64,000 nucleotides of DNA from Coriobacteriales bacterium (GTDB lineage: Bacteria > Actinomycetota > Coriobacteriia > Coriobacteriales > UBA8131): positions 1,629 through 65,628 of the forward strand of contig JAISLY010000048.1 of NCBI GenBank assembly GCA_031277035.1, read 5' to 3'. Under the pieces are notes generated by a model, which saw only the letters and a list, made by a program, of their open reading frames with translations, had not been told where the DNA came from and made no database searches. The first letter of the stretch is position 1. Each line of letters opens with the position of its first letter. The position numbers and the translations under genes are program-made. Below, piece after piece: positions 1-9,372 of the stretch.

Positions 1-762
1 CGATCCGTCATCCTGAACGGCAAGAGCACCTGTTACCGTACCGCCCTCCATGAGCAGTTTTTTAGCAACCGTATTGAAGTATGCCTCAATCCCCAGATTT
101 GCAGCCTCGCCGCCAAGGGTCTTCATGAAATAGCCGCCGGGGCTTGCCTCGTCCCCCTTGTCATAGACGTGCCAGCACAAAGGAGAAAGTCCCAACGCCA
201 CCACCTCATGAAAAACGATGCCGTGCCCCTCCAGCCACTCGATGGTCTCTGCGGTCTGGCCAAAGAAGTTGTCATAGAGATGATGCTGCGGAATCCAGTG
301 ATGGAATTTGAGACAGTTGGCAACTGCGTCCTGTACGGTATATGTGCTGCCGGCCTCGCGCGTCCAATGCGTCTCAAAGCCGGTCATGCCTTCGGTTCCG
401 ATAAATGAACCACCATAGGTGCCAAGCCGCTCGATAACGACAGGCTTGAGCCCCAAATCGATAGCCTGGATTGCCGCGGCGGTGCCGGTTCCTCCGCCGC
501 CGATAATGCAGATGTCGGCCGTCACCGTGGTAGTGGGCTCGCCAAGTTCCTCAACCGCCCAAATGTCCTTACCCGTCGCTTCCCCTTCTGCGGCCGGTGC
601 GCCTGAGGCGCCCTCTGGAGAATCTCCGCTCGGTTCTGCGCCCGCTGCCCCGCCCGGCTCCGCGCTCGGAGCGCAGCCCGTAAGGGCAAAAGACGCAGCT
701 GCGCCTGCGGCCACAACACCCGCACCTGCCAGAAAAGAGCGTCTGCTGATGTCAAAACGCAT
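1..762 (-). CDS. Tat-exported FAD-dependent oxidoreductase (fumarate-reductase/flavocytochrome-like flavoprotein), N-terminal 254 codons; 3' end outside window
   Basis: The frame is open to the window edge, so it is absent from the ORF track. From ATG c760-762 it reads MRFDISRRSFLAGAGVVAAGAAASFALTGC, a twin-arginine signal plus lipobox Cys. Further in is EPTTTVTADICIIGGGGTGT, a GxGxxG FAD-binding fold. An SD-like GGGGAAGAG lies upstream. Confidence 0.8.
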   Translation of the reverse strand, partial: MRFDISRRSFLAGAGVVAAGAAASFALTGCAPSAEPGGAAGAEPSGDSPEGASGAPAAEGEATGKDIWAVEELGEPTTTVTADICIIGGGGTGTAAAIQAIDLGLKPVVIERLGTYGGSFIGTEGMTGFETHWTREAGSTYTVQDAVANCLKFHHWIPQHHLYDNFFGQTAETIEWLEGHGIVFHEVVALGLSPLCWHVYDKGDEASPGGYFMKTLGGEAANLGIEAYFNTVAKKLLMEGGTVTGALAVQDDGS

Positions 763-1161
763 CTCTTCCCCACCCTTGCCTCCGGCCACCCTTTCCTCGG
801 CTTTGAGCATGGTCGGCCCTCCCGCTCCTTCGTTCTCCAAGTCCTCGGTTTGCTTTCGCGTCTCGTTGAGCATAGTCCTCTCCTTTTCTCTCCACTCGTT
901 CCTCCCATCCCCCATAAGGGGGCTTACATGCTGTTATTCTGTGCGACCCTCTGCCTTCCTGACAAGAAAAATCGCCCCAACTATCAGTTTCAACGAGAGA
1001 CAATCGGTTTCGAAACGCACAGATGCAATCTCAACTGTCAGGGTATATCGCATGATAGAATGTGTTGATGTGAGGCAAGGCAGGGAGAGGATCGAAAGAG
1101 TATCTGCTCATTTATGAAGCATATATTTTTTCGAAAGGGACTGCCGAGGAGGAGGACAAAA

Positions 1162-2097
1162 ATGAATAAGGATCAGCTGGACTATTTTGCCTGGGCATAC
1201 CGGATGAACAGCTTTTCAGCGGCGGCGGCGCGGGCGCACATTTCGGCGCAGGGTTTGGCCAAGGCCATCCACTCCCTCGAAAACGAACTGAACGTCAAGC
1301 TCTTCACGGTGGACAGCAGCGGTAAACGAATCCCGACTGCCTATGCCGAGGAGCTTATGGGCTTTACGCTTTCTTTCAACCATCATCATCGCGAGCTGCT
1401 GAATCGCTTTAAATACCTCCGCGCTCAGGAGCGACACACCGTCAGACTCGGAGCCTCATTGGGGATACTCGGCCTCCTTGGCCCAGATTTCCTCGAGGAC
1501 TTTAAGCGTGACAATCCGGAGATCACCGTGACCTACAATGAATTGCCTGATGATCTCTGCGAGGAAGCCCTGCTTGACGGCAGCTATGATCTGGCTCTCA
1601 CGCTTGCCCCCTACAACAAGGATTTTGCGACGCACGACCTGCAGTGTATGGAGACCTTTTTCTGGGTGCCCGCAGACGACCCTCTCTCTGAGCGCGAATC
1701 CCTTGTCCGCCTTGACCTGGAAGGAAAGGTGATAGCCATTCCCGGCAAAGACTTCAAATGCTATCGGACAATCATCCGCACCGCGGAGGATGAGGGCATT
1801 GTCCCGGAGAGGGTCGTTTTCTCCTCGGAGATATTCTGGATATACGAGTTCGTTGCCCAGAAAAACGGAATCGGCTTCAGCATCGGGCCTCTGGTTGAGT
1901 TGCCGCTGTTTAAAAGCTACCGGGACGTTCGCGCCGTGCTTTTTAAAGACGCCGTGTGGCGTTTTGGCATCTCGCATATACCGGCCCACCGACTCACAGA
2001 CGCCGAGCAGACCTTCTACGATTACTGCGTCAGGCGCGCCCGCAGAGGCAAGCCTCAGGCTTTGGCAAAGCCCTTCCAGACCGACTCACCCGTATAG
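1162..2097 (+). CDS. LysR-family transcriptional regulator
   Basis: ORF 1114-2097. ATG 1162 is preceded by GAGGAGGAGGA. The N-terminal wHTH reads FSAAAARAHISAQGLAKAIHSLENELNVKLF. The gene is divergent from the flavoprotein gene. Confidence 0.85.
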   Translation: MNKDQLDYFAWAYRMNSFSAAAARAHISAQGLAKAIHSLENELNVKLFTVDSSGKRIPTAYAEELMGFTLSFNHHHRELLNRFKYLRAQERHTVRLGASLGILGLLGPDFLEDFKRDNPEITVTYNELPDDLCEEALLDGSYDLALTLAPYNKDFATHDLQCMETFFWVPADDPLSERESLVRLDLEGKVIAIPGKDFKCYRTIIRTAEDEGIVPERVVFSSEIFWIYEFVAQKNGIGFSIGPLVELPLFKSYRDVRAVLFKDAVWRFGISHIPAHRLTDAEQTFYDYCVRRARRGKPQALAKPFQTDSPV

Positions 2098-3161
2098 ATG
2101 AGCGCCTCCTCCTCGCCACGGGCAACACGAAGAGCGCCAGCGGCAAGAGCCTCCATCTCAAACTCGCCCGGCATCGCGACAATGGGAGCAATCCATCCAA
2201 GCGTGTCAGTCAAGGAGCGCACTACCGAGGGGTTATTGGTGATACCACCGGTCAGAATGATGGCGGCGACCTCTCCCTTCAAAACGGCCGCCATCGAAGC
2301 GGCGTATTTTGCAATCTGATACAGCATCGCGTCAAAAACAAGTGCCGCGTACGCGTCGCCCTCCTGGATGCGCCGCTCGACCTCGCGAGCATCGGAGGTG
2401 CCCAGATGGTCGATAAACCCACCGTTTTTGGTCAGTCGATCCTTCAGCTCTGTCTCGGTCCAGGCGCCTGAGAAACACAGCTTCACGACGTCGATGGTCG
2501 CAATTGATCCGGCACGGGTGGGGGTCATCGGCCCCTCGCCACGGATGATGTCGTTGCCGTCCACCATGCGCCCTGCGCGATGCGCGGCCACAGAGATGCC
2601 GCCGCCAATATGGCAGACGATAAGGTTCGTCTCGTGATACGCAAGGCCCTGCTCTGCGCAATACCGCAAGGCAATCTCCTTTTGGTTCAAAGCGTGCAGG
2701 TGGCTCTGGCGGTAGACATCGGACAGGCCGCTGATTCGGGCTATCTCATCGTATTCGTCCACGTCGGGAGGGTTCACGATGTAGGCCACGCCACCGTATT
2801 CCCTGACGAAAAGATCACAGATCTGCGAGCCCAGCTGGGCCGGATGCTGCCCGGCCATGCCCTTGCGGGCATCAACGAGCAGACGCTCCGTGACCAGGTA
2901 GGTACCGCCCGCAACATTAACCAGGCCGCCGCCGCGTCCAACAAAGATGTCGATAGCGGCCAGATCGATACCCTCGGCCTGAAGCGCGTCGGTGATGGTC
3001 TGCTTGCGGTAGTCGATCTGATCCTGCACCGAGGCATAGGTCTTGAGCACCTCGGCATCATGGCTGACGTTCTTGTCAAAGACCATCTCTTCCTCGTCAA
3101 AAAGTGCAATCTTCGTCGAGGTCGATCCTGGATTGATTGCAAGCACTCGCAGTCTTCCCAT
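2055..3161 (-). CDS. buk: butyrate (short-chain acyl) kinase
   Basis: ORF 2055-3260. The internal ATG at 3161 has an AGGAGAG SD. The N-terminus LRVLAINPGSTSTKIALF and the ~368-aa length fit acetate/butyrate kinase. It lies downstream of ptb. Confidence 0.85.
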   Translation of the reverse strand: MGRLRVLAINPGSTSTKIALFDEEEMVFDKNVSHDAEVLKTYASVQDQIDYRKQTITDALQAEGIDLAAIDIFVGRGGGLVNVAGGTYLVTERLLVDARKGMAGQHPAQLGSQICDLFVREYGGVAYIVNPPDVDEYDEIARISGLSDVYRQSHLHALNQKEIALRYCAEQGLAYHETNLIVCHIGGGISVAAHRAGRMVDGNDIIRGEGPMTPTRAGSIATIDVVKLCFSGAWTETELKDRLTKNGGFIDHLGTSDAREVERRIQEGDAYAALVFDAMLYQIAKYAASMAAVLKGEVAAIILTGGITNNPSVVRSLTDTLGWIAPIVAMPGEFEMEALAAGALRVARGEEEALIYTGESVWKGFAKA

Positions 3162-3260
3162 ATGTTCTCTCCTTCTCAAAAGTCGGGTGCGACCAGGCGC
3201 GTCGGGCGCGGGCAGGTCGCTTATCGTCGGGCGCCGCCTGTGACCCGGCGCCCGGCGCAA

Positions 3261-4175
3261 TCAGGCGCGGCCAAGCGCGGTATAGGCAGCCAGCGCGATG
3301 GAATAGAACTTGTCCGAAGCCTCAGCGGAACGCGGCACCAGCACAACCGGAACCTTTGCGCCGAGCACCGTGCCAGCCGTCGTCGCGCCGGCAAAGCCCG
3401 TCAGCGCCTTGACCAGGACGTTTCCGCAGACCAGGTCGGGCACGATGAGCAAATCGGCATCCCCTGCAACCTCGCTTTCGTAGCCCTTGAGACGCGCGGC
3501 CTCGGCACTCGTCGCGATGTCAAAGGAAAGCGGCCCGTCAACGATGCAGTCGCGTATCTCGCCTTCCACATTCATCCTTCGCAGTGCATCTGCGTCGACG
3601 GTCTCCTTCATCTTCGGGTTGAGCTTCTCAACAGCGGCAAGCACCGCGACCTTGGGCTGCACAAGACCAATGGCGCAAAGAAGGCCGACGGCGTTTTGCA
3701 GGATGGCCTTCTTTGCATCGAGGTCGGGATAGGTGTTGATGGCCTGATCCGAGACCGCAAGCAGCTTATGGTAGCGTTCAAGCTCATAAAATCCCGCCAC
3801 GGAGAGCAGCTCGCCGCTGCGAAGGTCGTTTTCACGGTTGAGGATGGCGCGCATGAAGTCGCCGGTCTCAAGTTTGCCCTTCATCAGCACGTTTGCCTCA
3901 CCGCTGTGCACCGCCTCAACCGCAAGGGCAAGGCTTGTGGGGATGTCGGGTGCAGGTTTGATGCGAAAGTCTGCCTCCCTGGCTCCCTGTTCGGCCAGAT
4001 GCCCCTTTATCAGAGCCTCATCTCCGATAAGAATCGCTTCGATAAGGCCCTCGCGCTGGGCGATAACAACAGACTCCACCGTGTGCGCGTCGTTGGCAGC
4101 AACGACGGCCACGCGGCTTTTAACGGCGCTCGCCTTTACGGCACGGGCAAGATCCTCAAAACTGTTCAGACGCAT
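3261..4175 (-). CDS. ptb: phosphate butyryltransferase / phosphate acyltransferase
   Basis: 304-aa ORF. Its Pta/Ptb-family sequence includes VAVVAANDAHTVESV and GANVLMKGKL. It sits between an acylating ALDH and buk. Confidence 0.8.
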   Translation of the reverse strand: MRLNSFEDLARAVKASAVKSRVAVVAANDAHTVESVVIAQREGLIEAILIGDEALIKGHLAEQGAREADFRIKPAPDIPTSLALAVEAVHSGEANVLMKGKLETGDFMRAILNRENDLRSGELLSVAGFYELERYHKLLAVSDQAINTYPDLDAKKAILQNAVGLLCAIGLVQPKVAVLAAVEKLNPKMKETVDADALRRMNVEGEIRDCIVDGPLSFDIATSAEAARLKGYESEVAGDADLLIVPDLVCGNVLVKALTGFAGATTAGTVLGAKVPVVLVPRSAEASDKFYSIALAAYTALGRA

Positions 4176-4187
4176 CGATTCGCCCCC

Positions 4188-5516
4188 CTACAGCAGGTAG
4201 TTCCCGCCATCTGCCATGCAGAAGCGGCGACGGCGTACGAAGGATTGCGGCCCGGTAACTCCCTCGCCGGTCGGCGTTGCGATGGTCGGTGCGTTTGTGC
4301 CGCTGCCACCAACGCCAAAGGCTGCCATGGTTCCACCGTTTTGCACAAAGATGGTCGTGTTGATGATGGTGCCAAAAGCCGTGACGCGATCGATGCTCTG
4401 AGACCAGATCGAGGCGGAGTGCAGGTTGCCGTGCTCAGCGATGTAGGCGCGCTCCATCGCTTCTTCAAAGTCCCTGCAGCGCACAATCGGAATGATCGGC
4501 ATCATCTGCTCGGTGTGTACGAGCGGATCGTCAAAATCTGTCACATAGACGGCGATGCGCGGGTCGGAATCAATCTCATAGCCGGCGGCTGCGAGAATGA
4601 CGTTGGCCATCTTTCCCACGAACTTCTTGTTCGCCACAAAACCGCCGTCGGGGCCCTCAACATAGCAGAGCTTGGAAACGTTTTTACCCTGCTCAGGGGT
4701 CATGACATAGGCACCCGCCGCCGCAAACTCCTCAAGGAACTCGTCAAATATCTCATCGACGACAAATATCTCCTTCTCGGCGATACACAGCAGATTGTTG
4801 TCAAAGGATGCTGAGCCGAGCAGACCGGCTGCTGCCTTTTTCAGGTCAACGGTCTCGTCAACGATGGAGGGCGGGTTGCCGGCGCCAGCGGCGATGACCT
4901 TTTTACCCGAGGTCATCAGGGTCTTTACCATGGCGGGGCCGCCGGTGCCGACCAGGAGTTTGACAGAGGGGTAGGCCATGATTTCATCAAGAGTGCCAAG
5001 CGTTGGTTCGGCGACCATGACGAAGAGGTTCTCGGGGCCGCCGGCCTCGGTGATGGCCTCGTTGACAAGCTCCACCGTCTTTGCTGAGGTTTTCTTCGCG
5101 CCGGGATGCGCGTTAAAGACCACCGCGTTGCCGGCGGCCACGTTCGCGATGCCGTTGCCGATGATTGTAGCCGCGGGGTTGGTGACCGGCGTCACCGCAC
5201 CAACGACGCCGTAAGGCGCGTAATACTCGACCGTCAGCCCCTTGTCAGTAGCATACATGCCCTTGGGCAGGGCTTCGGTACCCTGAGAGAGCATGACCGC
5301 ACCGGTGTTCTTGGCGATCTTATCCTCGATACGGCCGTAGCCGGTCTCGTCGAACTCCATCTGGGCCAAAAGTTCCATATTGGGCATGACCTTCGCGCGG
5401 ATGGCCGCGATAAAACGATCCCTGTCCTCAAGAGTGTACTCCCTGACCAGCTTCTTCTGAGCTTCCGTTGCCGCCGCGCAGGCCTCCTGAGCCGACGCGA
5501 AGATACCCATTGCCAT
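4188..5516 (-). CDS. CoA-acylating aldehyde dehydrogenase (EutE/PduP-like)
   Basis: ORF 4188-5744. ATG 5516 is preceded by GGAAGGGAG. The protein is 442 aa, with VTPVTNPAAT, GAGNPP and the catalytic Cys in NNLLCIAEKE. Confidence 0.85.
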   Translation of the reverse strand: MAMGIFASAQEACAAATEAQKKLVREYTLEDRDRFIAAIRAKVMPNMELLAQMEFDETGYGRIEDKIAKNTGAVMLSQGTEALPKGMYATDKGLTVEYYAPYGVVGAVTPVTNPAATIIGNGIANVAAGNAVVFNAHPGAKKTSAKTVELVNEAITEAGGPENLFVMVAEPTLGTLDEIMAYPSVKLLVGTGGPAMVKTLMTSGKKVIAAGAGNPPSIVDETVDLKKAAAGLLGSASFDNNLLCIAEKEIFVVDEIFDEFLEEFAAAGAYVMTPEQGKNVSKLCYVEGPDGGFVANKKFVGKMANVILAAAGYEIDSDPRIAVYVTDFDDPLVHTEQMMPIIPIVRCRDFEEAMERAYIAEHGNLHSASIWSQSIDRVTAFGTIINTTIFVQNGGTMAAFGVGGSGTNAPTIATPTGEGVTGPQSFVRRRRFCMADGGNYLL

Positions 5517-5706
5517 AACCGCTCCCTTCCTCTTCTGTTCCCGATCCCTCAACGTCACCAACCCACAGAGGGGCTTCGCCGTTCCTCTTCGCATTCTAGC
5601 AAATATGTTACAGTGGACACAGTGAGGAATCGTAGCAATACCGTTGCAATCCTGTCCCTTTCTTCCTTGGCGGACAGGATTCAGAGGAATATGAAGGAGG
5701 AAGCAC

Positions 5707-6810
5707 ATGCTGACACCGCGCCAGAACGCCGAAGCAATCCTCAACAGGGAACAGCCGGATTATTACGGGGATTTCATGGACACCCTGGCTTTGACCCTCG
5801 ATCCGGTCTTTTTGTTGGATATGGCTGACGCTCCTCCCCCACCTGAGGGCGAGCCTCCCGCTGAGGACGAGCCTCCCGCTGAGGACGACGCTCCCGCTGC
5901 GAGTGGCACCAGGGACGCCGATTCGATCAAGTCCGCCGCGCCGATGCCCGAGATCACCTGGGTGGATTCCTGGGGCGTTACCTTCAAGGCAGGCGGAGAT
6001 GCGCCCGGGCCTCATCCCGTTGCAACTCCCGATACCATCGTTCTCAAGGACATCACGCACTGGCAGGACTATGTGCGCTTTCCTGAGATTGACAACCTCG
6101 ACTGGACCGAGTGTCAAAAGCAGGTCGCCGCGATTGATCGTACGGAGAAGTTCGTGGCAGCCTTCTCCGGAGGCGGCCTTTTTGAGCGTTCGCATCACCT
6201 GATGGGCTTTGAGAACGCGCTTGTCGCCTATATGGAGGAGCCGGAGTATGTCGCTGAGCTGCTCGATGGCATCAAGGAGTGGAAGATCAAGCTGATTCAC
6301 CTGCTGGGGAAGTACATGAAGCCCGACGTCATCTTCTTCCACGACGACTGGGGCATGAAGCGCAACCTGCTCCTGCCGCCGGACCTGTGGCGTGAGCTCA
6401 TCAAGCCGCGACATGCCGAGATCGTGGCGGCCGCTCACGAGCACGGCATCTTCTTCCTGCACCACGCCGATTGCTTCTGCCAGCCGATTACCCCTGACAT
6501 GGTGGAGATTGGCATCGACGCCTGGCAGGGCGTCATCGCGCAAAACGACATCGTTGAGATACAGCGCATCACCGAAGGCAAGCTGGCGATGGTTGGAGGC
6601 ATCGACGGGCCGGCTATCGACACGCCCTATACGACCGAGGAGGAGATTCGTGCCGAGGTGCGCCGCTGCGTGGACAGCTACTGTCCGGCCGGACGCTTCT
6701 TCCCCGGCATCCCCAATGGCACGCTTTTCACGCCGGGGCTGTTTGAGATTTATCTGGACGAGATGACGAGCTACGGTCGGAAGTGGGCGCAGGAGCATCC
6801 GGTCGCCTAG
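5707..6810 (+). CDS. uroporphyrinogen-decarboxylase (URO-D)/MtaA-CmuA-family protein, paralog 1, with Pro/Glu-rich insertion
   Basis: ATG 5707 follows GAAGGAGGAAG. The MLTPRQN start and the overall pattern parallel the second paralog at 49848-50900. Cys motifs are HHADCFC and SYCPAG. Confidence 0.75.
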   Translation: MLTPRQNAEAILNREQPDYYGDFMDTLALTLDPVFLLDMADAPPPPEGEPPAEDEPPAEDDAPAASGTRDADSIKSAAPMPEITWVDSWGVTFKAGGDAPGPHPVATPDTIVLKDITHWQDYVRFPEIDNLDWTECQKQVAAIDRTEKFVAAFSGGGLFERSHHLMGFENALVAYMEEPEYVAELLDGIKEWKIKLIHLLGKYMKPDVIFFHDDWGMKRNLLLPPDLWRELIKPRHAEIVAAAHEHGIFFLHHADCFCQPITPDMVEIGIDAWQGVIAQNDIVEIQRITEGKLAMVGGIDGPAIDTPYTTEEEIRAEVRRCVDSYCPAGRFFPGIPNGTLFTPGLFEIYLDEMTSYGRKWAQEHPVA

Positions 6811-8233
6811 CGTATCGGTCGCGATGGGTACGCCTCGGCCGCAGACGTGCGGGCGGGCCGATAACGAGCACAATCTCGCCCTTCAGGGGCTGCTCTGAGC
6901 TGCGCTGTGCGATACGGGCGGCGAGGTCTTTCGTCGGTGCCCTGAAAACCTCTTCGTGTCGCTTCGTCAGTTCACGGGCAAAGACCGCCTCTCGCTCAGG
7001 AAACGTTGCGGCAATCGCCTCAAGCGACGCACAGACCCGATGGGGCGACTCATAAAATACCAGCGCCGCGTCCAGCGTGGCAAGTCGCGCAAGCAGCTCA
7101 TGGCGCTGCGCGTCCCTGCGCGGGAGAAAGCCGCCAAAGTAAAAGGCCGTCGTCTCAAAGCCTGCTGCCGCCAGAGCACAGGTCACCGCGCTGACGCCCG
7201 GCAGGACTTCGACGGGGATGCCCGCACGACGACAGGCGGCAACGAGGTGCATCCCCGGATCGCTGATACCAGGCGTACCCGCGTCGGAGACGTATGCCAT
7301 ACGGCTTCCCTCCTGTATCCGGTGGATAAGGGCGGGGGTTTTCTCCCGGATGACGTGCTCGTCGCAGCGCTCCATCGGCACCCTGAGGTTGAGATGGGTC
7401 AACAATCGCCGCGTGACGCGCGTATCTTCTGCCAAAATGAGATCGACCGACGCCAGGGCCTGCGCAACCCGCGGTGTCAGGTCACCTAAATTGCCTATTG
7501 GAGTAGCACATATGAGCAGGGCGCCGCGGCCTTCGGCACTCCCCTCGCTGCGCCCTTCCTCGGTACTGCTCTCAAAAAACGGCCGACCCGCTTCTCGCCA
7601 CACCTCCGCGACGGAGCTGCCGTCGGCAAAGACGACGGCGGGGGCAATCGCGAGCAGGGGCTCCACAACAAAGTCGCGCTCCAGGGCCAGGGGGTGAGGC
7701 AGGAGCAACACAGGCTCGTCGCTTACGACCCCCTCAAAATCGATGATATCCACATCGAGTGTACGCGGCCCATTCACCTCGCCATGCGTGCGCCCAAATC
7801 TTTCTTCGATACCCTTCAGCGCCCTCAACAGAGCAAAAGGGTCTTCCTGCTCCACTTCGAGCAGGGCCACCGCATTGGTAAACGTCGGCTGATCCGTGCG
7901 ATAGGCGGGAGCGGATTGCATAAGGGGGCTCAGGGAGCAGACGCGCACGCCTTCAAGCGCCTCGATTGCCGCTACGGCCGCCATGAGCGTGGCCGGAGGG
8001 TCGCCCGCCCAGGAGGCAAGATTGGAGCCGAGGGCGATAATCACCCGGCGGGAGCCTGTTGCGACAGCCCTGCTCACAGCGGCATGTTCGTCTGTTGCGG
8101 CGCCCCGCTCCGCAGCGGCACGTTGAGCTGTTGCGGCGCCCCGCTCCTCAACGGTCTCGCAGTCAAGCGCGGCGGGGCGGTCAGCCGCCTCGTTTCTGTT
8201 TGTCGTGTCGTCCATGTCTGCCATTATACTCAT
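6728..8233 (-). CDS. fused HPPK (FolK) / 16S rRNA C1402 2'-O-methyltransferase (RsmI)
   Basis: Single 501-aa ORF. ATG 8233 follows AAGGAGGTGAT. The N-terminal half matches the HPPK pattern (VIIALGSNL...PRTLDVDIIDF...LLLPHPLALERDFVVEPL). The C-terminal half matches RsmI (LLICATPIGNLGDLTPR...ILAEDTR...VSDAGTPGISDPG...YESPHR...ARELTKRHEE). Confidence 0.8.
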   Translation of the reverse strand: MSIMADMDDTTNRNEAADRPAALDCETVEERGAATAQRAAAERGAATDEHAAVSRAVATGSRRVIIALGSNLASWAGDPPATLMAAVAAIEALEGVRVCSLSPLMQSAPAYRTDQPTFTNAVALLEVEQEDPFALLRALKGIEERFGRTHGEVNGPRTLDVDIIDFEGVVSDEPVLLLPHPLALERDFVVEPLLAIAPAVVFADGSSVAEVWREAGRPFFESSTEEGRSEGSAEGRGALLICATPIGNLGDLTPRVAQALASVDLILAEDTRVTRRLLTHLNLRVPMERCDEHVIREKTPALIHRIQEGSRMAYVSDAGTPGISDPGMHLVAACRRAGIPVEVLPGVSAVTCALAAAGFETTAFYFGGFLPRRDAQRHELLARLATLDAALVFYESPHRVCASLEAIAATFPEREAVFARELTKRHEEVFRAPTKDLAARIAQRSSEQPLKGEIVLVIGPPARLRPRRTHRDRYARRPDAPAPTSDRSSSSRPDKSQTAPA

Positions 8234-8443
8234 TCGCCATCACCTCCTTTGTTAAAGCGTCCAAACCACCAACCCGGACAAACGGCATCTGCCGATTATC
8301 CGGCCCACCTCAAAAGGCTTCTTGCGATACAATCCTTGCGATACAATCTCTCGCAGGGAAGCATGAGGCCTGCCTTCAAGGCCCCTGCTGCCCCTGAAAC
8401 CGCTCGTGCGTCGATACCAAGGATTGGCAGGGTCGTCTTCTCC

Positions 8444-9247
8444 ATGCGCTTTATCTCCTGGAATGTCAACGGTCTGAGGGCAGTGCTCAAAAAGGGCCTG
8501 TTCTACCCGGCTTTCTCCGCTTTTGACGCGGATGTCTTTGCGCTGCAGGAGATAAAACTCCAGGCGGGGCAGGTTGAGTTGGAGCTTCCGGCTGCGTATT
8601 ACCAGACGTGGAGTTACGCGGAGAAGAAGGGCTATGCGGGCACTGCGGTCTTCTCTCGGGAAAAACCCCTGAATGTCATCCATACGCTGGGCTTAAAGCC
8701 CGGGGGAGACAAAGCCCTGCCGGAGCTGATTGACCCCTCTGTCCTTGACACCGAAGGACGGCTGTGCGCCGTGGAGTTTGAACAGTTCTGGTTTATCTGC
8801 TGCTACACCCCCAATTCGCAAGACGAGTTGCGACGCCTTGACCTGCGCCTTGCCTGGGGGCGTGCCTTTACGCGCTTTGTCAGGCGCCTGGCGAAGCAAA
8901 AACCAGTCGTCATCTGTGGCGACATGAACGTCGCCCACGAGGAGATTGACCTTAAAAACCCTAAGACGAACCATTTTAACGCGGGTTTTACCGACGAGGA
9001 GCGCACGGATTTCTCCGCCCTGCTCAAAGCGGGGTTCACCGACAGCTTCCGCCACCTGTACCCCGATGTGACTGGCGCCTATTCCTGGTGGAGCTTTCGC
9101 GGCAACGCGCGGGCGAACAATACGGGATGGCGCATCGATTACTTTGTCGTCTCAAACGATCTTACGCCCCATATCCGGGAGGCGAGCATCTATCCCGAAG
9201 TCACGGGCTCTGACCACTGCCCGGTTGGCCTTGAGCTTGCGCTGTAG
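8444..9247 (+). CDS. xth: exodeoxyribonuclease III
   Basis: This is the C-terminal 267 aa of ORF 7694-9247. It starts MRFISWNVNGLRA and contains FALQEIK, VVICGDMNVAHEEIDL and SDHCPV. The upstream part of that ORF is antisense to folK-rsmI. Confidence 0.85.
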   Translation: MRFISWNVNGLRAVLKKGLFYPAFSAFDADVFALQEIKLQAGQVELELPAAYYQTWSYAEKKGYAGTAVFSREKPLNVIHTLGLKPGGDKALPELIDPSVLDTEGRLCAVEFEQFWFICCYTPNSQDELRRLDLRLAWGRAFTRFVRRLAKQKPVVICGDMNVAHEEIDLKNPKTNHFNAGFTDEERTDFSALLKAGFTDSFRHLYPDVTGAYSWWSFRGNARANNTGWRIDYFVVSNDLTPHIREASIYPEVTGSDHCPVGLELAL

Positions 9248-9372
9248 CGCTCTTGAGTTGGGGCTCCTCAGATTGTGACACCGCGGAGAGATAGCCTGAG
9301 GCAGGCCGGGAAGCTTGCTGGGAGGGCAGACTGGGAAGCTGACTGGGAAGCTGCTCAGGGTCAGAGGATTCC

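Noticed and set aside
419-1117. 232-aa plus-strand ORF rich in Ala/Pro/Ser
   Set aside because: It is antisense to the well-supported Tat-flavoprotein gene and its upstream region. The composition is typical of high-GC shadow frames, and it has no motifs or SD.
2580-4814. 744-aa plus-strand ORF, the longest 'gene' in the first 5 kb
   Set aside because: It is entirely antisense to buk, ptb and the aldehyde dehydrogenase, all of which have clear family motifs. The Arg/Gly/Ala-rich shadow translation has no recognisable domain.
5608-6873. 421-aa minus-strand ORF
   Set aside because: It is the antisense shadow of URO-D paralog 1. It is low-complexity and Arg/Leu/Gly-rich.
7694-8443. N-terminal 250 codons of the 517-aa ORF that ends as xth
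   Set aside because: This part is antisense to folK-rsmI. The ExoIII homology begins exactly at MRFISWNVNG (ATG 8444).
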